A stretch of 61,329 bases of DNA, filler included, from Chiloscyllium plagiosum (taxonomy: Eukaryota), in assembly GCF_004010195.1 (NCBI RefSeq). It is 2 parts of one record of this genome, joined end to end, with 100 filler letters (N's around TTAATTAATTAA, not from the genome) between each part and the next. Parts side by side here need not be neighbours in the genome. Positions count along the whole stretch, not along the records: positions 1 to 29,581 come from NC_057713.1; 1 more part is not named here. One strand, given 5' to 3'. A program made the position numbers and the translations under genes. Below are positions 12,110 to 25,429 of this stretch, one piece after another (positions within the stretch are counted from its first letter, which is position 1; every line of letters starts with the position of its first letter). The notes beneath the pieces were generated by a model. It did not search any database and was not told where the DNA came from. It saw only the letters and a program-made list of their open reading frames with translations.

Positions 12110-12925
12110 ACCACTGGGCATCACATGATAGGATGGGAATACATTGGAAAGAGTGCAGAAATGACTTACAAGAATGGTTCCAGGGATAAGGAACTTCAGT
12201 TACAAGGATAAATTGGAGAGTTTTGGAGAGAAGGAGGCTAAGAGGAGATCTGATAGAGTTTTTCGAATCCGCGTATAGTTGGATAGGGTAAACAGGGAGA
12301 AGCTGTTCCTGCTCATAAAAGGAACAAGAATAAGAGGGCATGGATTTGAAGTGACCTGCAGAAGAAGCAGGAGTGAAAGGAGGAAAACTTTTTTCACTCA
12401 GCAGGTACTTAGGAAATGGAAAGTACTGCCCTGAAGTGTGGTGGAGGGATGTTCAACTGATGCCTTCAAAAGGGCATTGGGTGATTATTTGGATAAAAAA
12501 TAACATGGAATAATGGGGGAAAAACAAGAGATTGATTAGATTACATTACATTACAGTGTGGAAACAGGCCCTTCGGCCCAACAAGTCCACACCGACCCGC
12601 CGAAGCGCAACCCACCCATACCCCTACATTTACCCCTTACCTAACACTACGGGCAATTTAGCATGGCCAATTCACCTAACCTGCACATCTTTGGACTGTG
12701 GGAGGAAACCGGAGCACCCGGAGGAAACCCACGCAGACACGGGGAGAACGTGCAAACTCCACACAGTCAGTCGCCTGAGGCGGGAATTGAACCTGGGTCT
12801 CCGGCGCTGTGAGGCAACAGTGCTAACCACTGTACCACCGTGCCGCCCATTGGCATGAAGAATGATGCTCATTTCGACACCAAGGTCAACTGGTCTCCTT
12901 CTATGCTATAACAATCTGTGATTCT
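12110..12925 (+). mobile_element. CR1 3' fragment split by an HE1 SINE
   Basis: cattggaaagagtgcagaaatga.ttacaagaatg and aactttttcactcagc motifs. The element resumes after 12850. Confidence 0.7.
12533..12848 (-). mobile_element. HE1-type V-SINE, full length, young
   Basis: On the minus strand: head gggcggcacggtggtacagtggttagcactg, B box gggttcaattccc, V-domain tgtgtggagtttgcacgttctccccgtgtctgcgtgggtttcc, CR1-like tail. Confidence 0.9.
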
Positions 12926-14039
12926 GAGTCTCTGCTATCTGTATCCTATCCCAAAGTCGTAAATTTAAATGCTTCCTTTGTACCTCGCCACTCCATTAAG
13001 ATACTCTAAAACCCATTTATTTGATCACGCTGTTGACCACCCTCCTATTCACAGCTTCTTTTTCTAAATGTCTTACTGATGTTTCTTTTGGGACATTTTA
13101 CTATGCATTAGCTGCTAAGTAAATGCAAGTTGTCACTTTGGTTAAGGAGATCAGTCAGTGAAAGGGGATTATAAGGAGACAAATATTCTGAATGAAAAGG
13201 TGGAAGATCCTATTACACTTAAAATCCTTTGACAGAACATAAAGGGACAAGGCCTTAAACAGAAGAGAAAATGATCAAAAAGGAAGCATTTAGTGTCAAC
13301 GCTTGGTATATGTTAACAGTGGAAGGTAAAGATCAGTCCAAACAATGTGAAGTACATCCCATAGCTGTGACCAGGTGTAATGGTATTGTATTATGAATGG
13401 TGACACGTCTTTCTGAATGCTGGTCACCATGGCAAAGCCATTTTCATGCAGCACCATTTGAAGCAGAGCATATCGTTATTACCATGCAGCAGTTAATCAT
13501 GCCTTCATATATATCTATGTCATTGTAACTGCTGTCACGATCTATCTTGTAGTCTCCATAACCAGTAATTGCCTATCAAGGAAAAGCCTCATCACCCTGT
13601 TCTGCAGATACAGAATCTGGCAGCTGGGCACAGAGTATGTCTCATACAGCGTGACCTATCTGTCATCCCAGCTTTTAAACCTACTGCTGTCAGTACGTTT
13701 GCAAGAGGCATTCACATCTCTTGATTGGTGCTGATGTTCACACACAAGCAGAAGGGTGATTGAATGGAAAACCTTAATTGTTATGTAGAAGGGACAGCTG
13801 TTTATAGGAAAAAAACAGATTGATCTAAGCACTGCATATTACATTCTAAACAGGAAATCTATTTAAAAGAAAACTATTAGACACAAAATTCATCGGCACA
13901 ACACAGTGTGTCGATTTAAATACAAAACCTGCGCACTTATAGTGTGAGAGGTATCATAGTGTACTTCCTGCGCAACTTAAAAAGCAGGAGTTGAGTCGAG
14001 TAGAATATGGTGTCAAATCTCCAGCATGTATGAAGTGAG

Positions 14040-14470
14040 ATTGGATCAGTTAGGATTATAGTCACTGTAGTTTAAAAGAATGAGGAGGGGTGATCGCACA
14101 GAGACCTATACAATTCTAACAGGACTAGTCAAGGTAAACACAGGAAGGATATTCCCAATTTAGACAGTCCAGAACCAGGCATCACAATCTAAGGATAGGA
14201 AATAGGCCAGTTAGGACTGAGACAATGAGAAATTTCTTCAGCAGAGAATGGTGAGCCGTGGAATTCTTTGTCACTGAAGGTGGTTGAGGCCAAGGCATTG
14301 AATGTTTTCAAGAAGGAATTAAATATAGTTCTTAGGGCTAAAGGGATCAAAGGGTAGTGGGAGAAAGCGGGAATAGGGTATTGCGTTGAATGATCAGCCA
14401 TGATCATATTGAATAGCAGAACGGGCTTGAAGGGCTAAATGGCCTGCTCCTCCTCCTATTTTCTATGTTT
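14040..14470 (+). mobile_element. CR1 3' fragment
   Basis: gagaaatttcttcagcagagaatggtg and tail ggctaaatggcctgctcctcctcctattttctatgtttct. Confidence 0.75.
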
Positions 14471-14627
14471 CTGTGTGCCCAATGTCACAAGGCGTGCATG
14501 ATCATGTCGTCACAATGTCAAGAGATCGAAATTGGGCAGTTCACGTGTAATTGCTGTGGGGAAAGTTACCAGCCTCTGAGTCAGAGTCAGGGTTCAATAA
14601 CAAAGTTCATTGTACAAGGAAATACCG

Positions 14628-14831
14628 GAGCTGAAAATGTGTTGCTGGAAAAGCGCAGCAGGTCAGGCAGCATCCAGGGAACAGGAGAATTGACGTTTCA
14701 GGTATAAGCCCTTCTTCTTATGCCCGAAACGTCGATTCTCCTGTTCCCTGGATGCTGCCTGACCTGCTGCGCTTTTCCAGCAACACATTTTCAGCTCTGA
14801 TCTCCAGCATCTGCAGACCTCACTTTCTCCT
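14628..14831 (+). mobile_element. Fold-back PLE insertion
   Basis: ~81-bp arms 14628-14708 / 14717-14797 plus 3' extension. 16-bp TSD caaggaaataccggag at 14615-14630 and 14832-14847. Confidence 0.85.
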
Positions 14832-14994
14832 CAAGGAAATACCGGAGTTTGGGAGAGAAAGACACCAACAGCATAGTGGTCAGCTGCCATTCTTCTCTCA
14901 ATGCGGAGCACATGTCAAGATACTTTTATACCTTTTGTGATACAATAGGTCAGTGATGAGGTAATGTCTTTGTAACATAGTTTGTGTATTGTAA

Positions 14995-15105
14995 ACATTG
15001 CAGAATCATTGATAGTTTCATTGCAGTCATTGTCAGTTCCAGCGCAGTCTTTGTTAATTTCACCACATCATTGTCAGTTTTAGCGCAGACATTGTCAATT
15101 TCAGT
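14995..15105. repeat. Degenerate ~20-bp tandem repeat, ~5 copies
   Basis: gcagtcattgtcagtt-like units. Confidence 0.55.
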
Positions 15106-15649
15106 GTCTGCAGAGAAGTCCATTACTGTAGTAATGGTTGCTTATCGCTCTTCCTGAGAAGGATGATTACTGTAGCCCTGGCTATTAGCACTTTGTATTG
15201 GGTCTGTATCAAACAGTTAGCATTTCAATCAAAGGTGTTGGCTGGACCCAGACATTTCGGTGGGCAGTATACACTACTCATATATATTCTCTCCCCCACC
15301 CGCCTTAAACTAATCAACTAGGTTGTGAGTACATTGTGCTGGCATCCTGGTAGCCGCAGGCCGTATCTATGTTTGCTCTGCTGTCTCTCTTCATATTGTG
15401 GTCTGGCGGCCATCTTGTGTGTCCATGTGCCTAGTGTTACCATGCCCCGTGCCATGTCCTACTTCACTGTCAAAACTTTCCTGTTCACTCCTGAAGTAAT
15501 AGATATGAGGATTCAAGAAGCCACTGGCACCAGAGCTATTTAAACGGCCACTCAACAAGCTGTAGCTGAGATACTTCTGATTTTAATGTGCTGAGGCAAA
15601 GTTAGTGGAAGCACTGTGTGGAATTCCAAAGTAGTGGAAGTGTTTGAAG

Positions 15650-15890
15650 ATATGAAATAGGAGCAGGAGTAGACCATTCAACCCTGCAAGCTTGCCCTAT
15701 CTTTCAACAAGATCATGGCTGATGTTTTCCAGGCTGCAACTCATTTTTAGTGCCAGTTCCTCATAGCCTTCAATTCCCTGATATTTCAAAAAAATCTACC
15801 TCCTCTTTAGTGCTCTCGTCTCCACAACTCTCTGGGTTAGAAAATTCCAGACATTCAGAACTCTCTGGGGCAAGAAATTCCTTAGTGTCT
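15650..15890 (-). mobile_element. CR1 3' tail fragment
   Basis: gaaataggagcaggagtagaccatt ... aaattccagacattc ... aagaaattcc. Confidence 0.7.
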
Positions 15891-16719
15891 CAATTTTTAT
15901 AAGTTTCTACTGACCATCCATATACAGAAAATTTGCACTGCATGGCATAGGTAGTTGCAGTGCTACATACTTTACAATATAAGCAGGACATATAGATGAC
16001 TAGGCAGAGGTGAGAACAACTGTGTGGCATAAATAGGAAGCAGGCTCTCCTTAGAAGACTGTACCCCAAGGAAGTCTTCAAGAAGCAGAAACCTACTTTG
16101 GGATTGATGTGGAGCAGTGCTCCAGAAGCCTTTGTTTCACTAATTAAGTTGTGACAGAATTGTGTCAATCCCTTTCTGAGAAACAAGAAGCTGAAATCTG
16201 GACAAGGACTGCCTTCCTATTGGTTATGAAGTTCACTCTCGCCTTTTTGTTCTTCAGAACTGGATGCTTCCAGGAGATATTAGCAAAATCACAATCCACT
16301 GCCCTCAGAAAAAGCTAGGACTTGACAGAGACACAGTACAGGGGGAGGGAAGACTTCATTTTCATTTCAGTGTGCATTGAAGACCGAGATAAAAAGACAT
16401 AGTGATTCTCCAGGACTGCAGGCATCCTGATGCTTCAAGGCAGACATGTATGTTCTCCTTATTAACATGGAGTGATTCACCCACCACAAGGGCTATTATC
16501 TTACTGTGACAAAATGAGAAATTCATCTAATTGAATGGTGAATGTCCTGACAATGCCTTGATTTTGTTTTTTCTTGCGGGAACTAGCAAATGTCACCATC
16601 TTCTGGACTCCAAAACAGATGGGTGTTTCGTGGCAGGATGGGTGTTTCGTGACAAGGGTTACACAGCCCCCTTTCATTCCTACTGTGACACATGGGTTTC
16701 TTAATTCTTTCACCAATTG

Positions 16720-17000
16720 TGGGTATCACTGGCAAGACCAGTATTTATTGCTGATCCCTAATTCCCTTGAACTGAGTGGTTTGCTAGAGTCTTTCAGTTA
16801 AGAGGCCACCACAGTGCTTTGAGTCTGGACTCACACATAGACCAGTCAGTTAAACATGATAGATTTCCTTCTCTATAGGACATTTTAATAAACACAATCA
16901 GTTTTTACAACAATCAATGATAGTTTTGTGGTCGCCAATAATGAGATTGGATTTATATTCCAGATTTATTTACCTAATTCAGATTCCACCAGTTGTAATG
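16720..17000 (-). mobile_element. tRNA-derived SINE (same family as 3925-4248)
   Basis: Reverse-complement similarity to 3925-4248. Confidence 0.55.
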
Positions 17001-18945
17001 CATGGATTTGGACATATACAATTCTATTCACAGAGCATTTAATGAAGAGTGCAGGAGGGCAGCCAAGGAGCAGCAGCACCACCTAAAGTCAAGGTGTCAA
17101 CCTGTTGATATGCCAAAACAAAAAAAAGACTATTTGCATGCTAAGAAGCAAGTGTTAGAGCTAAACCATACCATAGCCAACAGATCAGGTCTAAGTTCTG
17201 CTGTTCTGCCACATTTAACTGTGAATGATGGTCATTAATTAACCAACAAATCTCCTCATCCTCAATGACAGTGGAGCACAGCAAATCATTGCATTTGCAG
17301 CAGTCTTCACCCAGCAGTGCCCAATAGGTGATCTATTTCAGTCTTGCCCAGAAATGCCAGAGATGAAGACAGATGCCAGTCTTCAACCATTATGATACAT
17401 TGCTTGAGATATAAAGAAATGATTGGAACCATTGAGTGCCAGAAAGGCTGAGGATCCTAACAACATTCCAGCAATAATACTGAAAACTTGTGCTCCAGAA
17501 CTTGCCCAACTCCTATCCTAGTTATTCTGTTACAATTACAATATTAGCATCTACCTGATAATGTGTAAAGCAGTCCAGGTATGTGCTGTACTCAAAAGGC
17601 AGACAAAATCCAATCCAACCAATTACTCTCCATCAGTTTACTCTCGGTTATCGGGAAGTGATAGAAATTGTCACTAACAGTGCTTTCAACAAACATTTTC
17701 ATAGCAATAATCTCAGCTTAGATTCTGCCAGGACAAGTGAGCTCCTGGCATCATTACAGCCTTAGTTTAAAACATAGACAAAAGAGCTGAATTCCAGAGG
17801 TGAAGTGAGAGTGATGGAGTTTGACATCAAGACTGCATCCGTCCAAGTGCGTCATCAAGGAGCCCTAGCAAATTGGAGTCAATGGGAATCAGAGGGAAAA
17901 CTCTCTGCTGGTTGGAGTCATTCCTACCTGGCGCAAAGGATGATGGTTGTGCTTATTGGAGATCAATCATCTCAGCTCCAGGGCATCACTGCAAGAGTTC
18001 CTCAGGGTAGTGTCCAAAGCCCAACATCTTCATCAATGACTTTCTCTCCATCATAAGGTCAGAAGTGGGAATGTATGTTCACCAATGATTGCACAATGTT
18101 CAGCATCATTTGCGACTGCTTGATACTGAAGCAGTCCAGACACAACTATAGGATATTATACGGACTTGGGCTGACAAGTATCAAGTAACATTCGTGTCAC
18201 TCAAGTGCTGAGCAATGACCATCTCAAACAAGACGGAAATCTGACTATTGCTCCTTTGCATTCAATGAATACCATCTCTGAATTCCCTACTATCAACATC
18301 TTGGGGGTTATGCTTGACCAGAAACTGAACTGAGCTAGCAATATAAATACAGTCGCTTCAAAAGTGGATCAGAAGCAAGGAGTCCTGCAGTGACAAATTC
18401 ACCTGCTGACTCTGCAAAGTCTGTTCACCACTTACAAGGCGCAAGTCAGGAATATTATGGAATACTCCACACTTGCCTGGATGGGTGCAGCTCCAACAAC
18501 ACTCAAGATACTTGACACTATCCAGGACAAAGTAGCCCACTTTGATTGGCATTGTATCCACATTCACTCTCTCCATCACCAATGCACAGCAGCAGCAGTG
18601 TATACCGTCTGTAAGGGGCATTGCAGAAATTCACCATGGCTCCTTAGATAGCACCCTCAGTGGTCATCTAGAAAGACAAGTGCAGCAGATACAATGGAAC
18701 ACCACCTCATGCAAGTTCCCCTCTAAGCAACTCACCAGCTTGACTTGGAAATATACCACTTAGAAAAATATCTTTGATGTCGCTGGGTCAAAATCCTGGA
18801 TTTTCTCCCTAACAGTCTTGTGGGTCCACCAACAGCTTGCAGTTGTAGTTCAAGAAGGCAGCTCACCACCAGCCTGTCAAATGCACCTAAGGATGGGCAA
18901 TTTAGCTCATCTTGGGATGCCAACATCCAAAGAACAAACGAACAA
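17000..18945 (+). mobile_element. Decayed non-LTR retrotransposon (CR1/L2-group, distinct from HER1)
   Basis: Remnants of KAxxPxNIPAIILKTCAPELA, FDIKTA, VPQGSV and YKAQVRNIMEYSTLAW. The 3' tail is shared with the SINE family above. Confidence 0.75.
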
Positions 18946-19532
18946 AAGAAAAACGTTAGGCTTAGTCTCCGGATTACTGCCCACCAACAAGGTCAGATCA
19001 CCTTCAATGTGAACTAATGGACCAACTGCAACCCCTTTGAGCAAGTTGGAGATCCCCCTGCTTAGATCACTCGGTGGGAAGGTTCCTGCAGCATGTGCTC
19101 AAGGGCTCTCCAGCTTCTAGCTTGTTTGCTGCATCCTGCATAATTTCAATGTTATGGATCAAGCCACTGTCCTTTGGGATCTGGAATGCATGTCAGGATA
19201 AAGGCAGGAGATCAGATGCTCTTTGTGCAACCGAAGGGAGTAGTAGGGTCTACAAGGTGGGATTTCACTTCAGTTGAATTTCTTTAACTGCAGTATGTGT
19301 CCCTATTCCCTTACAGTATATTCATTTCAGAGTTCCCAAGCAGGGCTTTGGGCTTTGCTTTGGGATCCTGACATCAAAGACAAAAGACCTTGATCTCACC
19401 CTTTGTGAGAACTAGTGTGACTTCCCCAGATTGTCCGAGTAATTGTCAGGTTGCAGTCCAATAAAGCAGAAGTGTCTGACACCAAATATGCAGCCCAGCA
19501 ATTTTCAGTAATAACGTAGAATCCTCTTTTAC

Positions 19533-19745
19533 TGAAATAAAAACAGAAATTTCTGGGGAAGCTCAGCAGGTCCAGCAGCATTTGTGGAGAGAAAGCAAAA
19601 TTAATGTTTTGAGTTTAGTGACCCTTCACTGGACCTGAAATATTAATTCTGCTTTCTCTCCACAAATACTGCCCGCTCTGCTGAATTTCTCTAGCAGTTT
19701 CTGTTTTTGTTTCAGATCTTCAGTATCCACAGCTCTTTGTTTTAT
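19533..19745 (+). mobile_element. Older, diverged fold-back PLE insertion
   Basis: Imperfect inverted arms (gcatttgtggagagaaagca / tgctttctctccacaaatac) around a decayed gtgacccttc centre. Confidence 0.7.
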
Positions 19746-20769
19746 GATAATCTTTTTTAATAACTCTCTATGCCGATTAGAGGTGTTCCCCAATATTATC
19801 TCCTGTTCCCTTTGTTCACTCCCTAGGATTTTCCTTTGCCACATTGCTGCGCTGGTGTAAGTTTTACTGAACCACATACTCCACTGACTTTTCCCTATAC
19901 TTCCCTCTTAATATTTTACTTCTTCAAGTTCCTCTAGTTCATTTTTAAATATGCTGCTGCACTTAGCCTGCCCCTGTGATTATGTGTTCCACATGCTTCA
20001 GAACACAGAGATTGTATTTAACTTATGGTCTCAGATATTAAAGGCTATTTCTAATTCATTGTACCATTCAGCTCCCCTCTCTTTTAGTTTACAAATTCTT
20101 ATAGCAATGTACTTGCATATATATTAGAGAAAGAGCCTTTGAGAAAGATATTGAATTATTACAGCAGTAAATCAGACAGTGTTACAAAGCATTGAGTTAG
20201 TGGAATGGAACAAAGTGGTGAACGTTGTGTCATTTGGAAAGATTTGTCTTGATATGGGAAAGAACAACATTGAGCCAGTTAATTATGGTAGGTTTCAATT
20301 TCTTGGCCCTCCTGGGGTGCAATAATTGATCACTTTGTACATTTCCCCTCCCGGTGTTGCACTGTTTAGGCAATGCTCTTGAAGAACTAAGGAACACTCG
20401 AGGCTCAGTCGTTGAGTTAAAGACAAAAAATTCATATTGACCCCAAGAAAAGGTGAATAAAATCATTACGATTGCAAAATGAACTTAAACCAGTCTTCCC
20501 TCCATCTGCATTTACTCAGCACTGACATTAAAGACACTAATTGGTACTAAATCAGTTTGGAACTGAAAACCTTTTATAATGATAGCAATGCCTGAAAACA
20601 GGGCTGAGCACATTAGCAGAAAATGTATTTGCCTTATAACTATTCAATAGCAAAAATTATTTAGGGAAATTGTGAATTAGTGAACTCACCTAAAAGCTAA
20701 CACCGCTAATAATTTTATTGTATTTTTCTCTCTGGTGCTCATTAATATTAGAATAAATTTCAAACATAA

Positions 20770-20853
20770 CAAAAGTCAAAAGAATAACTTTCCAAAAGTC
20801 AAAACAACAATTTTCCAAAGTCAAAAAACAACTTTCCAAAAGTCAAAACAACT
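20770..20853. repeat. ~22-bp tandem repeat, ~4 copies
   Basis: caaaagtcaaaa(c/g)aa.aactttc repeated. Confidence 0.75.
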
Positions 20854-21029
20854 GTTTTCTTTCTTATGCAGCAACTTCAGTGTCTTAGAATGACCCAAGG
20901 TGTTGCGCAATAGCATTATCAGACTTATCAAGTTTGGCAAATCATTTTAACAGATATTAAGGCAGGTAACCCGAAGTTTTGTCAAAGAGGTCAATTTTAA
21001 GAAGTGACACAAAGGAGGAAGAAATGGCA

Positions 21030-21350
21030 AGAGAGGAGTTATATTTATATGGTACATTTGATGACTTCAGAATGTTGTATATTGCTTTACAGGTACTGAG
21101 GTACTTTTGAATAATAGTCACTGTTAGAATGTGGGCAAACACAGTGATTCATTTGTGCACTCTGCATGCATAAATGGGAATGTTGTTTAGTGATGTTGCT
21201 TTGGGATGTATGTTAAACAAGAAACTGGGAGAATTCTCCTGCTTTTTATTAAATAATCTTCTGTAGGTCCACCATAAAAAAAGGCAGTAGAGGCCTTTGC
21301 TTTAAAATTCCATCTGAAAGACAGACGACTAAAAGTGCATTCAGTTCAAA
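21030..21350 (-). mobile_element. SacSINE1-like DeuSINE remnant
   Basis: Reverse complement of the element at 46715-46965, plus a Deu-like segment (ccatctgaaagacag). Confidence 0.55.
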
Positions 21351-21798
21351 TTCATAATCACAGGAGAGTGAAGCTGAACAAACAAGCTTTACTACTTAGT
21401 TTATGGCAAATGTGTGCAACAGACTGCTTGGGGAGGTCAGTAATATCAGATTTAAAAATGTAAAATTGGGTGGCATTTTAGTAAAATTAACTTTTGAGAA
21501 TATGGAATACTGGATGGAATCCAATATAGAGATATAGAACTTTGGAGCCAGTGAGATGGATCACAATATTTCTTTTCTTCCTGAATCCTGTGAGTTACTG
21601 TTTAAAGGTACCGCCTAATTTAATGGAACAAATTTTAAAAAGTCATTAAGGTTGAATTAAAAGTTTTATTGTTGGGCTTAGATTTTACTGTTCCTCACCC
21701 AGGAAAGTTGAAATCAGTCCTGGCCGTAATTTATTTTGCAGATTAGGGCTTCCCGAGCAAGAGAAAGTCCACTGCTGCCAACAGGAAATATCTATTTA

Positions 21799-23875
21799 TA
21801 GAACACAGAACTTAGAACATTACAGCGCAGTACAGGCCATTCGGCCCTCAGAGTTGCACCGATCTGTGAAAGCAATCTGAAGCCCATCTATCCTCTACTA
21901 TTCCATTTTCATCCATATATTTACTTAATACTTAATGACCATTTAAATGGCCTTACCATTGACAAGTCTACTGCTGTTGCAGGCAGCGCAATCCACGCCT
22001 CTACTACTCTCTGAGTAAAGAAACTACCTTTGATATCTGTCCTTTATCTATCAACCCTCAATTTAAAGCTATGTCCCTTAATGCTAGCCATCACCATCCA
22101 AGGGAAAAGGCTTCTCACTGTCCACCTTATCTAACACTCTGATTATTTTGTATATCTCAATTAAGTCATCTCTCAACCTTCTTCTCTCTAGCGAAAACAG
22201 CCTCAAGTCCCTCAGCCTTTCCTCAGAAGACCAACCCCCCATACCAGGCAACATCCCAGCAAATCTTCTCTGAACCCTTTCCAAAGCTTCCACATCCTTC
22301 CTATAATGGGGTGATCAAAACTGTACGCAATACTCCGAGTGCGGCTGCACCAGAGTTTTGTACAGCTGCAGCATGACCTCGTGGGCCCAAAACCCTACTC
22401 TAAAATCCCTCTACAAATAAAAGCTCACACACTGTATGCCTTCTTAACAACGCAATGAACTTGGATTGCAGTTTTCAGGGACCTGTGTACCTGGACACCG
22501 AGATCTTTCTGCTCATCTACACCACCAAGAATCTTACCATTAGCCCAGTACTCTGCATTCCTGTTGCTTTTTCCAAAGCGAATCACCTCACACTTTACAC
22601 ATTAAACTCCATTTGCCATCTCTCAGCCCAGCTCTGTAGTGTATCTATGTCCCTCTGTGACCTGCAACATCCTTCAGCACCATCCACAACTCCACCGACC
22701 TTAGTGTCATCTGCAAATTTACTAACCCATCCTTCTATGCCCTCATCTAGGTCATTTATAAAAATGACAAACAGCAATGCACCCAAAACATTCCTTGCAG
22801 TACACCATGAGTAACTGACCTCCAGGATGAACATTTCCCATCAACCATGACCCTCTGTCTTCTTTCAGCTAGCCAATTTCTGATCCAAACCGCTAAATCA
22901 CACTCAATCACATGCCTCCGTATTTTGTGCAAAAGCCTACTGTGAGGAACCTTATCAAATGCCTTACTGAAATCCATATCGACCACTTTACCTTCATCTA
23001 CCTGTTTCATCACCATCTCAAAGAACTCTTGAGGCACGAGTTTGTGAGGCACAATCTACCCTTCACAAAACTGTGTTGACTATCCCTAATCAACTTATTC
23101 CTCTCTATATTATAAATCTTATCTCTTCTAACTTTGTCCAACACTTTACCCACAACTGAAGTAAGGCTCGCTGGTCTATAATTTCCAGGGTTGTCTCTAC
23201 TCCCCTTCTTGAACAAGGGAAGAGCATTTTCTATCCTCCAGTCTTCTGGCACTATTTCTGTAGACAATGATGACATAAAGAACAAAGCCAAAGACTCGGC
23301 AGTCTGCTCCCTGGCTTCCCAGAGAGTCCTAGGATAAATCCCATCCGGCTCAGGGAACTTATCTATTTTCACACTTTCCAGAATTGCTAACACCTTCTCC
23401 TTGCAATCCTCCATCCCCTCTAGTCTAGTTGCTTGTAGCTCAGTAATTTCCTTGACAACATTGTGTTTATCCAGTGTGAATACTGATGAAAAATATTCAT
23501 TTAGTGCTTCCCCTATCTCCTTGGACTCCACACACAACTTCCCACTACTATCCTTGATTGGCTCTAATCTATCTCTAGTCATTCTTTTCTTCCTGATATA
23601 TCTATAGAAAACTTTAGTGTTTTCCCTGATCCTATCTGCCAATTACTTCTCATGTCCCCTTCTGGCTCTTCTTAGTTTTCTCTTTACATCTTTCCTGGCT
23701 AACTTGTAATTCTCAAGTGCCCTAACTGAGCCTTCATATCTCATCCTAACATCAGCCTTCTTTTTCCTCTTGACAAAAGATTCAACTTCTTTAGTTAACC
23801 ATGGCTCCCTCGCTCGACCACTTCCTCCCTGCCTGACAGATACATACTTATCAAGGATACGCGGTAGCTGTTCCC
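21799..23875 (-). mobile_element. CR1 LINE, ~2.1 kb, RT domain with frameshifts
   Basis: ORFs show PEPDGIYPRTL, PEDWRIENALPLFKKG, NYRPASLTS, DFSKAFDKVPH, KFADDTK and ALERVQRRF. Tail (tagaaca)n. Confidence 0.93.
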
Positions 23876-23948
23876 ATGTAGACTGCTGCTATGGCATTGC
23901 AGGAGGTAGGACAGGTTAAAGGCAGTGGTAAAGCCCTGATGTGGTGAT

Positions 23949-24159
23949 TGTAACAAGGTAAGCCAGATGGACCTCATAGAAAACAAATTATCTGATTGGA
24001 GCTGCTAATCTAGTCTAATCAGGGAGCCCTGGCTGACCAATATGAATAGTGTCACTCTGAGAGCTGGCTCTGAGGAAGCTGGATCAGTGTTAAGGACGCT
24101 CCACGTGTAAGTAAAGGGTGACTTGTTGATGAGATACCAGCCTCTGAGGAGTTATTTCA
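23949..24159 (+). mobile_element. Probable solo LTR (211 bp)
   Basis: TGTAAC...TTTCA termini, CCAAT-like elements and an agtaaa poly(A)-like signal. No clear TSD. Confidence 0.5.
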
Positions 24160-25429
24160 CTTGAAAATTAAAAAGGGTCTGCAGGTGTTAACATCCAAAC
24201 AGTAGTCACCTCAACAGACTGGAAACCCAAACTAGGAAACTGGCTTATTTTATCTGGTAGGAACTTGGGATCTAAAATGTACAGTTGATTAAAAAGTCTC
24301 AAGGAGAACATTTATGATGTTTCCACGTAGTGGCCAGAGAAATCTTTAGCCTTTGCTGTCTATTTAAATGTGATTGAAAAAAATTAATTTTATGTAGCCT
24401 CACCATTGTTGTTTCAGTTTGTTGTTTTGGAGAAGAGTGATAATTGGGATGAGGTTTAACAACACTGATGAAAATAAATTAAATCGACACAAGGAATTTT
24501 GTCTAGCAGTATTGACATATAAATGCTTAATTTCTCTTTGCAAAGTTCCTTTGTCTCCTATTTTGTAGGACAAGTTAGGCTGTTACCACTCCGTGTACAA
24601 AAATCTCACATCTTGCAAATGTCTTTCACACTTGAGGTGCCACATGCAAATATGTCAACAGGATTTTTGAAAAACATATCATATTTTTGTGTTGGCTCTG
24701 CTGGCTTAAAACCTGGAATTTGTAAACACCTTCTAAACTCTAAATCTCCTCATTAGGGTTACCTCGTGCCTCCAAGTTTAATGCATTGTGGCCGAAAAGA
24801 ATCAGTTAAGCTAAACATTCAGGCCAATAAATTAAACTATCAAACATGCGCAGCAAGAGCCTACTTGCATTCCAAGTACAGTGCTCATGCGAGATGTCTG
24901 ACCCAATGTTTGGCCAGTCAATTTCTTAGGCTTTGAATGTGGCCATCTTAAGGCATTAGGTCATTGACAAAAGTAATTGAGGGACATTGTGTTTTCTATT
25001 TAGGATCCCTGCAGCAAACAGCTGCCCTGAATCAATGTGGCTTAACCAATTACAATGACCAAATAACCAAATACAAAGTAAATTTTTTTTTAGAAGGAAT
25101 TAGGAATTCTCCTCCGAGCACCACAGTATTCTCACCAGCCATGATCAGCTCTCCCACTCTAACCAGGTTAGTTTGATCAAGCCTAAGGTAATCCAACTTC
25201 TTCATTGCTTATAGGATTTTACTGCATGTAAATTGATTTTGGTGTTTTCCACCAACCAAACTCACTGCATCATTTGTCAATGATGAGAATAGGGTAAGAT
25301 GCTTCTAGTTAGAAATGCAACTTCAACAAAATTTCATAGAATGGCAAATGCAAATGCTGTTATTCACACTGTAAATTGCAATCATGTTTATTATAAGATG
25401 CAGTTATGATGTTCTGTTTTTCTGAACAG

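Larger units (their letters stand above)
11830..13135 (+). mobile_element. Old L2-like LINE remnant interrupted by CR1 and HE1 insertions
   Basis: IHAFVTSK motif near 12010-12035 and an L2-type tail (...taagtaaatgcaagttgt) near 13130. Confidence 0.5.

Noticed and set aside
12770..12848. tRNA-like sequences here and in other SINE heads
   Set aside because: They are SINE 5' heads attached to V-domains and LINE-like tails, not tRNA genes.
23010..23642. Longest ORF (210 aa) as a nested host gene
   Set aside because: It is a frameshifted CR1 ORF2 fragment.
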